Assembly: GCA_965287045.1 (NCBI GenBank) | Contig: OZ336895.1 | Coordinates: 28,644,001 to 28,708,000, forward strand | Length of the DNA stretch: 64,000 bases | Origin: Carcharhinus amblyrhynchos | Lineage: Eukaryota | Direction: 5' to 3' | Part shown: positions 26,861-37,114 of the stretch, piece after piece | Layout of the letters: each line of letters begins with the position of its first letter | Position numbering within the stretch: the first letter of the stretch is position 1 | Position numbers and translations under genes: made by a program | The notes under the pieces: generated by a model | Told to the model about the DNA's origin: nothing | Databases searched by the model: none | The model's input: the letters and a program-made list of their open reading frames with translations, nothing else

Positions 26861-27557
26861 ATAAGAACATAACATAAGAACATAAGAAACAGGAGCAGGA
26901 GTAGGCCATCTAGCCCTTCGAGCCTGCCCCGCCATTCAATAAGATTATGGCTGATCTGTCGTGGCTCAGTTCCACTTTCCCGCCCTCTCCCCATAACCCT
27001 TAATCCCCTCTCTCATCAAAAACCCATCAACCCGCGTCTTAAAAATATTTAGCGAGGCAGCCTCCACCACTTCAACGGGCAGAGAATTCCAGAGATTCAC
27101 CACCCTTTGAGTGAAGAAGTTCCTCCTCAACTCCGTTCTAAACCGCACCCCCCCTTTATCTTGAGGCTGTGCCCCCTAGTCCTACTGTCCTTTCTGAGCG
27201 GGAAGAGTCTCTCCACCTCTATCCTATCCATCCCATTCATCATCTTATGTGTCTCAATGAGATATCCCCTCATCCTTCTAAACTCTAACGAGTACAAGCC
27301 TAGTTTATTCAGCCTCTCCTCATAGCTCAACTCCGGTATCAGCCTAGTAAGCCTCCTCTGCACTCCCTCCAAGGCCAAAATATCCTTGCGTAAGTGCGGC
27401 GACCAAAACTGCACACAGTACTCCAGCTGTGGCCTCACCAGTGCCCTATACAGCTGCAGCAAGACCTCCCTACTTTTATATTCAATCCCCCTCGCTATGA
27501 AGGCCAGCATCCCATTCGCCTTCCTGACCACCTGCTGCACCTGCAGGCTGGGCTTTT
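26861..27557 (-). mobile_element. Young CR1 3' fragment
   Basis: Minus ORFs 27127-27561 and 26966-27148 are nearly identical to the 10581-12470 copy; (CATAAGAA)n tail. Confidence 0.95.
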
Positions 27558-27560
27558 CCA

Positions 27561-27600
27561 CTTACCTGACGACGGAGCTGCGCTCTGAAAGCTCATGATT
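27561..27600 (+). ncRNA. Minimal type-I hammerhead ribozyme motif in a Penelope pseudo-LTR (pLTR at 26781-26860 and 27558-27645)
   Basis: CTGACGA (27566-27572), stem II GGAGC-tgc-GCTCT, GAAA (27587-27590), palindromic AGCT, cleavage triplet CUC ending at 27594. Helix I is weakened. Confidence 0.65.
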
Positions 27601-28419
27601 CCAAATAAACATGTTGGACTTCAACCTAGTGTTGTGAGACTTATTATTAGTTAGGTGGTTCAAGGATTTTGACCCAGTGACATTGGTGGAACGGTGATAC
27701 ATTTCCAAGCCTGGTTGGTGAGTAGTTTGGAATGGAACATCAGGTAGTGGTGTTCCCATGTGTCTACTGCCTCTGTCCTTCAAGATGATAGTGGTTGTGG
27801 GCTAGAAAGATATATAAGGAGAGTTCCTGCAGTGCTTTTAAATTGCAAACTTCAGATAGTTGCATATACTGTTACCCAGAAAAATTTAGAAGAATGAAAA
27901 CCTCTGGAGACTGCCCCTTCCCTGGACCTCGGTGGCCCCACCCTTCGAACCTTGGCGGGCAGGCTGCCGTCTGTCCCCCCCCCCCCGATGGTCTCACCAC
28001 CACCAAAAACCTCAGGTGTCTCTCTCTCTTCTTCTCCTCCCCCCCCCCCCCCCAAAATGGATCATTTCCATTTAAATAACGTTAACATCTAATACGCCAA
28101 TGCAATTCGAAAGTAGAAAACTTTTACTTTTATGCATTCTTTATTGGCTCTAGTTTTATTTGCCTTGAGTTTATTTTTAATTGGGTAATTAAACACTGGT
28201 GGCTATTGGACTGATTCTGTGTGAATTGCTTCTAATAGATTAGATAGATCCATGTCATATTAGTATCTCTGACACCAGCTTCACATATAGGTTCCTTATG
28301 CTTTGGAGGATAACTCTGAATTTATAGTTACTCTGTGTCATTTTGACTTGTTTCTTGCTAACGGGCCGTCATGTTAGATTAATACTAAAGTTGAATGATT
28401 GCATCTGATGACAGGTTAT

Positions 28420-28770
28420 TAAATTAAGTCATGGGAAATGTGGACTTGATGCCTGAGGCCAGGGTTGATTCTCAGCCTATGCTGTTAGTCAGCATCTCAG
28501 CTGTAGTGGTGATGCCTTGCTGCCTCTGGGTTAAGGATGTTTCAAAACTAGTCAGGAAATTTGTTCTGGATTGGTGCCCAGTGACATCCTCCGGGAAAGC
28601 ATGTGTTTGTGTATGTCTGCTGAAGGCAGGATCGGGTATTGGAGGAATATCCCACATGGTTATCAGTTGGGGTTTACTATCCTAGATTCATGGTCACATG
28701 GATGAGCTAACAAGGAAAGCCATTGGGAACGACACTCCAGAAAGAGTCAGCACATTCAGAGGAAGGGCAA
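28420..28770 (+). mobile_element. Ancient diverged SINE-like repeat (family not identified)
   Basis: Shares colinear motifs with 30095-30440, 40005-40280, 52270-52590 and 17255-17370, e.g. 'ccagtgacatcct..gggaaag', 'aggcaggatcggg' and 'gagtcagca...ggaaggg'. Confidence 0.45.
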
Positions 28771-29509
28771 AAACTAACAGAAGTGGAAATGAAGCTACAG
28801 ATGGCAATGCATTTTCCAGGCCATTAAAAATTAAAGTGTTAAAGCTGCAAACTCATTTATTTAACACTGAGCTTTAGAGACTGCATTTTATGTATAAAAC
28901 TGAAAGTGTTACACCTGACTTTCATCAATAATTGAATTTGACCAAGCATTTCGTTCTTTTATAATTAACACAGAAAACTTTAAGCAACAGAAATAGGTTA
29001 ACTGTAAGAGACAATCTCCACCAAGGACACAAAGCCAATATCTCTTTCTGATACTGACTGATGTAGTTTTTTAAAAACTCGGGTTATTTCTCTATTTGCC
29101 ATAGAAAGATTATATTTAAGACTGGATAATAAACAGAACAGAACGAGTTTAAAGAAAGTAATGTCCAACAAAGGTATGAATTTATTTTGAACTGATAAGT
29201 GATATTTTGATGAAATATTAAGGTCCAAATCTATTGGACTTCGAATTGTCAGAGACTGGCTGTACAACTGCAGGACGTATGACTAAAGATTGGAACCCTA
29301 TGGCCTGACATGCCAACCTCTGAGGGGATTACCCAAGAGATGTCACCTTTATATGGGAAGTTTCCCTGCTCCCCAGAGCATTCTGCTAATGTCTCTGACT
29401 CTGAGCTAGAGTCAGGGACTTCAGACAGTTCCCTTGTACTTACCTGGATAGTTGTCTAGGAAATCTGAGACAGATTAAAACCTTGTCTCACATCAACGTA
29501 ACTCCACAA

Positions 29510-29790
29510 CCAACCCCTCGCAATCATCCCTATGACCGCCCCGCCCCCCCCCGACTCCACCTGACTATCCTCCAACTAATCCCCTGACCCTAGTACCGTT
29601 TGCTCAGCTGCCTACCCCTCTGACCTGACCCAGCTACCCACCCCTCTGACCTGACCCAGCTACCCACCCAACCCAACGTGACCTGACTGCCTCAACCACC
29701 GACTCTTCCCAGAACTGACTAACCCTTCACCACACCCCCTCCAACCCCGGTGCCTGGCTACCTCACCCACCTACTCATTTATCTACCACT
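29510..29790 (+). repeat. C-rich low-complexity tract with a 26-bp tandem duplication
   Basis: 'cccctctgacctgacccagctaccca' occurs twice at 29615-29666, among ctgacc-like units. Confidence 0.7.
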
Positions 29791-30947
29791 AGCATTCGTT
29801 CACTGACATTCAGACTGAATCTTTAAACTTACCACCCAGCAGCCAGTGCTGTAAAAGGGGTGTGCCCTGTCTTCCCCTGATTCTACTGCACTTTGACAGA
29901 GTTCTTCCTTGGATGCTGCACTGCACATTTCTATGGAAGCAGGGCTGATAGGTCCAGGTAGGAATGTGTAACAGCATTAATTCAAGGACATTTTCGACCA
30001 CGGCAGCACTCTGATGACCTTTGCCTTCGCTCAGAAGATCCACAGAACTCTGAAAATATCTGTAATCCTTTTCAAAGTCATATTAAATGGCAGTTCCCAT
30101 GGCATAATGGGTTAAAAGTTCCCAGTTTTATTGCCCAATCTATGCTGAATTGGGGAGCAGTAGGAAGGCAGCATTGATCCCAAAACTTAGTTGAACAGTG
30201 GAAAAATAATCTGAGATTCTGATTTTTTTTCCTCTATACCTGTCTCCCAAGTGAGTTCACAGCTGGAAGTACAATGTGGCTGGATGACAGGTGAGGATAG
30301 GACTGGGCCAATAATGCCCCAGTGTCAAGTAACCTGTAGATATATGTTGTATGAGTTTATAATTGACTGACCATAGATGAGGTAGCAGAGAGCTGCAACC
30401 GCAAGTGGCAATTCCTCAAATTGAGTTCAAGGGAAGAAAAGTCAGATTGTAGTTTAATGCATTGAACTACCATCAGTTTGGTAATGCATTGTCAACATTG
30501 GAGACCACAGTAAGGGAATTGTGATCAGGGACATTTCCATCTTTGTTAACTAAAAAAAATCTTGCTGTTTTGTTTCTGTATGTCTATTGTGCTCTCTCTC
30601 CCTCTCTCGATTGAAACTGAGCTGGGCACCTTTAATGGGAAAATGTTTTATTTCCCCGTATTATTATCTATTTTCCATTTACTGTCCCTCACTGTTCCAT
30701 TCTTTAGCATTAACATGATTCTGCTTTTAAAAGAACGCAAGATTAAATTTATATCATGCAATAAGAAGGCAAAAGTTAGAGAACTTAGGTGTGTTTTGAC
30801 CGTATTTTGTAAGAATGGACATTTTTTGCAAAATACTAATGATGCTTGACTGTAGCTACTGGTTTGAATTAAAGCCGTGTTAAATAATTAATAGGTTTTC
30901 ATGTTAAGTACTGTCCACGTTAATAATGCTCCCATATTTATCTCTAG

Positions 30948-31114
30948 GGCCAGTGACAAATGCCTTTCTGACAGTTGCCTCGACCAACATGTTCAATCCT
31001 GACAGCAAGCCCAGTGTAAGCCTCCCAAAGTTTAGCAGACATGTACAGACCTCTGAAATCACCGAGAACGAAGAGGGAGGTGTTATCACTCTACGTCTTC
31101 AGCACAACAAGAAG
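30948..31114 (+). CDS. WDR18: WDR18 internal coding exon (third from last), 167 nt
   Basis: Acceptor tatttatctctAG (AG at 30946-30947) and donor AAG|GTAGGA (31115). Translates (G)PVTNAFLTVASTNMFNPDSKPSVSLPKFSRHVQTSEITENEEGGVITLRLQHNKK, which resembles vertebrate WDR18 'GPVTNA...PSLPLPHF...GGLTLRL' (recalled from memory, not searched). Starts in phase 1, ends in phase 0. Confidence 0.92.
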
Positions 31115-31211
31115 GTAGGATTTTACTCCATAATGTCTTTTGAAGTTTCCTCAATTACCACAAAGATCCTTCTAAATCTCTCTGATGACCACACCATCCT
31201 CCTCTTTTTGT

Positions 31212-32655
31212 TATTCAGTAAAGGAATGTGGGCGTCACTGGACAGACCAGCATTTATTGCCCATCTTTAATTGCCTTTGAGAAGGCAATGGAGAGGTACG
31301 CTTATGGTGCTATTAGGGAGAGAGTTTCAGGATTTTGTCCCAACGACAGAGAAGCAACGCCATTTATTTCCAAGTCAGGGTGGTGAATGGTTTGGAGTGG
31401 AAATTTCAGGTTGTGATGCCCGCATATATCTGCTGCAATCATCGTTCCTAGATGGTAGTAGTTGTAGGTTTGTTTAATGCTGTTTAAGGAAGCTTGGTGA
31501 GTTCCTGCTGTGCATCTTGCAGATGGTTCACAGTGCTGCTACTATGCTCTGATGGTGGAGGGAATGAATGTTTGTGGATGGGATGCCAGTCAATTGGACT
31601 GCTTTGTCCTGGATGGTGTCAAGCCTGTTGAGTGTTGTTGGAGTTGCACTCATCCAGGCAAGTGGAAAGTAGTCTGTTACACTCCATTTGATTTGACTTG
31701 ATTTATTATTGTCATATGTATTAACACACAGTGAAAAGTATTGTTTCTTGCGTGCTATATAGACAAAACATACTGCTCACAGAGAAGGAAAGGAGAGAGT
31801 GCCGAATGTGTGTTACAGTCATAGCTAAGGTGTAGAAAAAGGTCAACTTAATGCAATGTAAGTCCATTCAAAAGCTTGACAGCAGCAGGGAAGAAGTTGT
31901 TCTTGAGTTGGTTGGTACATAATCTCAGACTTTTGTATCTTTTTCCCAAAGAAAGAAGGTGGAAGAGAGAATGTCCAAGGTGCGTGGGGTCTTTAATTAT
32001 ACTGGCTGCTTTGCCAAGGCAGCGGGAAGTGTAGACAGAGTCAATGGATGGAAGGCTGGTTTGCCTGATGGATTAGGCTACATTCACAACCTTTTTGTAG
32101 TTCCTTGCGGCCTTGTCAGAGCAGGAGCCATAACAAGTTCTTGACCCTTTCTATGTCGTCCCCATTGATGTAGACAGGGGCATATTCTCCTTTACACTTC
32201 CTGAAGTCAGTGACAATTTCTTTCATTTTGTTGACATTGAGGGAGAGATTATTGTTGCTGCACCAGTTCACCAGATTCTCCATCTCATTCCTGTTCTCTG
32301 CCTAGTCATTGTTTGAGATCTGACCCACTACGGTGGTGTCGTCAGCAAACTTGAAAATCGAATTGGAGAGGAATTTGGCTTCTGACTTGTGCCTTGTAGA
32401 TTGTGAATAAGCTTTGGGGAGTCCAGAGTTGAGTTGGTTGACACAAGATTCCTAGCCTCTGAAGTGCTCTTGTATCTACCTTTTATACGACTAGTCCAGT
32501 TAAGTTTCTTATCAACCCCAGGATGTTGATAGTTGGGGATTCAGCGATGATTACACCATTGAATGAATGTCAGGGAGCAATGATTAGATTCTCTCTTGTT
32601 GATGATGGTCATTGCCTGGCACTTGTATGGAGTGAATGTTCCTTGCCATTTGTTG
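31212..32655 (-). mobile_element. Family-B CR1-group 3' region interrupted by Rex1/Babar (31687-32379, minus)
   Basis: Host 'atgtgggcgtcactgg...catttattgcccatctttaattgcc'; Rex with (TTTGA)n tail and reverse-strand KFADDTTVVG at 32325-32352. Confidence 0.8.
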
Positions 32656-32661
32656 ACCAGA

Positions 32662-32997
32662 AAGTTGTGGAGTAGTGGTATTGTCACTGGACTAGTAATC
32701 CATGGACCCCAGGTAATACTTTGGGTATCCTTGTTTGAATCCCACCACAGCAGATGGTGAAATCAGAATGCAGTAAAAACCTGGAATTAAAAATTTGATC
32801 ATGAAATGCAACCATTGTCATTTGTCATAAAAATTGATCCCCCTTGGGGAAAGGAATCTGCTTGGCGCAGACCCACAAAAATGCGATTAACTCTTAAATG
32901 CCCCCTCAAATTGCCCAGCAAATTCATGTGCAATTAGGGATGGACAGATGCTGACCCAGCCAGCAACACCTGCATCTCATGAACAAATTTTAAAAAA
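32662..32997 (+). mobile_element. tRNA-derived SINE sharing its 3' tail with the family-B LINE
   Basis: Head 'gagtagtggtattgtcactggactagtaatcc...gtttgaatcccacc'; tail 'gcaattagggatgg...ccagcaacacctgcatctcatgaacaaattttaaaaaa'. Confidence 0.7.
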
Positions 32998-33269
32998 CCC
33001 TCAAGCCTTCCAATCTCTCTTATCTGTTGTCTAGCTGAGTGGAACTGCAGTCACCTGCGATGGCTTTGCTCCCTACATTCTGCTTCTGGACAAGGTCTGG
33101 TTCCACATGAACACTGTTGGCACCTTGCACCACCACTTTTGACCACTACACTGTGTCCAAACTCTCTGGTTGCTTGTCTAACTTCCAGATGTTTCCTCCA
33201 ATTAAATAATAGGGAAACTGAAAACCACGATAGCCTTTCTCATCTCTAGCAACAGTCTGGGACTGTTCA

Positions 33270-34100
33270 CTACTTTGATAATGTATTGATCCCTGAGATG
33301 AGCTTTCAAACACAATTCCAAACCATTGCTAAGACTGCCTACTTCCACAGCCATAGCAGAATCCAATTCTGTCCCAGCCTTAGCTCATCTGCTGCTGAAA
33401 CCCCACCCATACTGTTGATGCTTCTAGACTTGATTATCCCAATGTAGCAATGGCCAGCCACCTATTTTCCATCCTCCATAAATTTGATGTCATCCAAAAA
33501 CCTGTGATCTGCATTGTACTTTGCATCTAAAGTTTAAAAGTTTATATATTAGTATCACAAGTATGATTTAGATTAATGCTGCGGCACGGTGGCACAGAGG
33601 TTAGCACTGCTGCCTCATAGCTCCAGAGACCCAGGTTCGATTTCCAGCTTGGGAGACTGTGTGGAGTTTACACTTTCTCCCCACTTTCTCATCCGGGTGC
33701 TCTGGTTTCCTCCCACAGTCTGAAAGGCTTGCTGGTTAGGTGCATTGACCGTTGTAAATTCTCCCTTGGTGTACCTGAACAGGCACTGGAGTGTGGTGAC
33801 TAGGGGATTTTCACAGTAACTTCATTGCAGTATTAATATCAGCACTCCTCAAGGCCATCCTGATTTTAATCATTCCACCCTTGATGCCTTTAGCTTAAGT
33901 CCTGAAGCTCCCTCTGTAAAGTTCTCCACCTCTCCTTCCTCTCTTTACATGCTCCTTAAAGCCTTTCTCTGCCAACTCTTTTGGTGATCTGTCCTAATAT
34001 CTCCTGATGTGTCAAATTTTGTTTGGATAATCTCCTGTGAAGCCTTTTTGGGACATTCTACTTTGTTAAAAGCTCGACATCAACATACCTTGTTGATGTT
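33270..34100 (+). mobile_element. L2 LINE 3' fragment interrupted by a SINE at 33530-33840
   Basis: 'aagactgcctacttccac', 'gctcatctgctgctgaaacc', 'tctagacttgattat' (SRLDY); tail 'ctcctgtgaagcc..ttgggacattctac'. Confidence 0.7.
33530..33840. mobile_element. V-SINE with Rex-like tail; body (33581-33840, plus) inverted relative to its own tail end (33530-33582, minus)
   Basis: 33537-33582 'aaagtttatatattagtatcacaagtatgatttagattaatgctgc' is the reverse complement of the tail seen at 41916-41957. Confidence 0.75.
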
Positions 34101-34839
34101 GTTTCAGACACTCCTGAGGGATACTGTATGATATTTACCAACTGATGCATTACAACCCAGGCACTGCACTTTTCTTTTTAAATTGTTTTGTTTTCCTAAG
34201 AGGAAGTCACTGAAACTGGATAGATCTGCTGTTGCATTTTCAAATCTAATCTAATAATTTGTACTGTGGCCTTCGTGAAATATCTTCAACTGAGCACAGG
34301 ACTCCTGAAACACATAATGCTCAAACTTTATGTGTTTGAGTACCATAGGATAGTTCATGTATTATATATTCAAAGTAGCTACCCCATGAATATATGTATC
34401 ATAAAAAGAGAAACAGTAGTTTGAAAATCCAAACAATGGTGAAGGCAAGCCAGCCAGTATGGGCATGGCCTCCAGCCTGGATAAATGGGGAGGGTTTGCA
34501 ACAAGAAAGATATCCATTTGACTATAAAACCATCCACCATATCCAAAAAACAATGATATTTGATATGCAGGGTCATCGACCTGTATTATGGTGACCCCAT
34601 GTCATGCGAAAAGTATTTTGAAAAACCACAAGGATATTTGAACTGCTAAACTTTTACAGAAACACGAAAATAGAACTCAATAATGCTGTGGTAATTCAGG
34701 TTCAACTCTTATTATTAATTATCTCGAGCTGTTGGCACACTTCAGGTCCACTGCTCCCAATTTGCCTGCGGCATGATAAAGTTAATCCTCCTTGCCCTCC
34801 TCAACGTTACAATAGCTTTCAACATGGGTGATCAGACCA

Positions 34840-35482
34840 TGGCCTTCATAGCGAGGGGGATTGAATATAAAAGTCGGGAGGTCTTGCTGCAGCTGTATAG
34901 AGCACTGGTGAGGCCGCAGCTGGAGTATTGTGTGCAGTTTTGGTCGCCGCACTTACGCAAGGATATTTTGGCCTTGGAGGGAGTGCAGAGGAGATTTACT
35001 AGGCTGATACTGGAGTTGAGGGGGTTGAGCTATGAGGAGAGGCTGAATAAACTAGGCTTGTACTTGTTAGAGTTTAGAAGAATGAGGGGAGATCTCATTG
35101 AGACATATAAGATGATGAATGGGATGGATAGATAGAGGTGGAGAGACTCTTCCCGCTCAGAAAGGACAGTAGGACTAGGGGGCACAGCCTCAAGATAAAG
35201 GGGGGCCGGTTTAGAACGGAGTTGAGGAGGAACTTCTTCACTCAAAGGGTGGTGAATCTCTGGAATTCTCTGCCCGTTGAAGTGGTGGAGGCTACCTCGC
35301 TAAATATTTTTAAGATGCGGGTTGATAGGTTTCTGATAAGCGAGGGGATTAAGTGTTATGGGGAGAGGGCGGGAATGTGGAACTGAGCCATGACAGATCA
35401 GCCATGATCTTATTGAATGGTGGGGCAGGCTCGAAGGGCTAGATGGCCTACTCCTGCTCCTGTTTCTTATGTTCTTATGTTC
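34840..35482 (+). mobile_element. Young CR1 3' fragment
   Basis: [36 protein letters not shown]...; tail (TTCTTATG)2. Confidence 0.95.
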
Positions 35483-36274
35483 ACTTCTGCCACCTGTGCC
35501 ACAACAGTTCCATGAAGCTGCTAGTGAATTCTCAGTGCACATCCAGCAATAACTTCTCACACTCCAACATTCTCACTTGTGGAATTCCTCAAGGATGTAT
35601 CGCTCACTAGCTGCTTTCTCCATCATCTATTGGCATATGGGCAGCTACCATTTGTACTGAATCAGAGAGTGGTTATAATGCAGAGGGAGTATGCTGGCGA
35701 TGCATATCTCTGTGCCATTTCCCTGAACAATCTCTGGTATCAGGCTTTTTAACTGCTATCAGTTTGTTGATGAGCCAGAACCACCACCAACTGAGCATTG
35801 TGGTGCTTAGCAATGGTCTTCAAACACTTACCACTGATTTTTTTCCCACACCTGCAGTGCCAGCACCTCCCCTGTTTTCCAGATTGCTTGCTTAAACTGA
35901 ACCACGTTGCACATCCTTGAAGTCCTATCCAAATTCCTACTCTTCATCAAAACAATTTCTCCCACTTTCACAGCGTTGATTCTTTGTGCCTTACCAAAGT
36001 CCCACTCTCCCAAAAATTCAGTTGTAGCATTGCCACCTGCAGACTTAATTTCCCCAGTGCCCTCTTTGCCAGCCTCCAAATAATTCAAACCTCCACAGCC
36101 AAAATCCTGTCCCACTTCCCCTTCATCCTTGCTCTTGATAACCTGTATTGACGCACTGGCCCCTGGCATTTGGATTTAAAATTCCCTTCCTCAATCATTA
36201 GCACTGGATGTGGCAACAAACCATGCTCCAAGCACAAGTGAACAGAGCTTTAAAAAGTATATTAAAATACACAC

Positions 36275-36440
36275 AGGCCGGAATTTTCTGGCCGTTCGTG
36301 CTGGTAGAACGACCAGTCCCACCGACAGTACACTCCCGCTCCATGTTTCAGGGTAGTAAAGGGTGCATTTAATGAGAAACCCCATCACTAACAGCAGGAC
36401 CAGAGATTCGGTCGCTGCCCAGTGGTGGGCCACCTCCTGC
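36275..36440 (+). mobile_element. Possible MITE / non-autonomous DNA transposon half
   Basis: GC-richer island beginning 'ggccggaattttctggcc', resembling PIF/Harbinger-type MITE termini; the partner TIR was not found. Confidence 0.3.
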
Positions 36441-37114
36441 TGAGTGATAAGTCCCTCAAGGTTTCAAGTTGAAAGTGGGTTGGGTGCAATTCTGCTGCTT
36501 ACAAGTTTTATACTATTGAAGGCTTCAACCATTTCACAATTTTCTTGTCCATGTCTCTAATACATGCAGGTTTTCAGAATGTCACTAAATGTGCCAGGCA
36601 CTACCTCAAGATGCTGATACTGCATTAATTCTCCAACAATCACTGGTGTCAGCCTTGCCAATTCCCAGAATAACACATCTGGAAAATGAGTTATGTTTTG
36701 TCCTCTTAGAGCCACAATAGCTGTTGATGGAAATGCTGCAATGACTTGCATTTTTGAATGTTTATATTAGAATCTTGTTTGAACTTTTTTGTCAACTTGT
36801 TCATACAATGATAGGTTTCTAGAACATATTTCTGCTTAATCAGGTTAACTGAAGTTTGCTGATTTACTTTCTCTGCGAATTTATTATAGCTACATGAAAA
36901 AAATTGGATCTTAAACAAAAGAAAAGAATCCTTTATTAATGAAAGTAAAAGCTTGGATTTAGACTTGAATTTAATTCAGTTTTTTCTCGCTGACTCAGGT
37001 TCTGTTTATGTAGCTCGTTATGTTTCTGAAGGAAAGTGAAGCTTAAATATGATCTGTAAGTGGCCATTTGTGCCTTATTGTTATTTACAGATCTGAAATC
37101 AATATATTCCTTCT

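Larger units (their letters stand above)
25562..27800 (-). mobile_element. Family-B CR1-group 3' end acting as host for nested Penelope and CR1 insertions
   Basis: Host sequence is present at 25562-25688, 26767-26780 and ~27645-27800, colinear with the 15478-15890 copy. Confidence 0.7.

Noticed and set aside
26861-26890. Short regular repeats such as (CATAAGAA)n, (TCAAA)n and the 26-bp unit at 29615, as a CRISPR-like array
   Set aside because: They are LINE 3' terminal microsatellites or simple tandem repeats without unique spacers, in a vertebrate context with no cas genes.
27900-28055. C-rich island with poly-C runs and a 94-aa ORF
   Set aside because: Low-complexity sequence; the ORF is compositional. 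G-quadruplex potential on the minus strand is generic.
30926-31270. 114-aa ORF as a single-exon gene
   Set aside because: Only 30948-31114 resembles WDR18 and it is bounded by splice sites; the remainder is intron read-through.
34773-35135. ORF with a signal-peptide-like start (MIKLILLALLNVTIA) fused to an RT-like sequence
   Set aside because: Chance read-through from flank into a 5'-truncated CR1 at 34840; it ends at a frameshift, and there is no sign of splicing or domestication.
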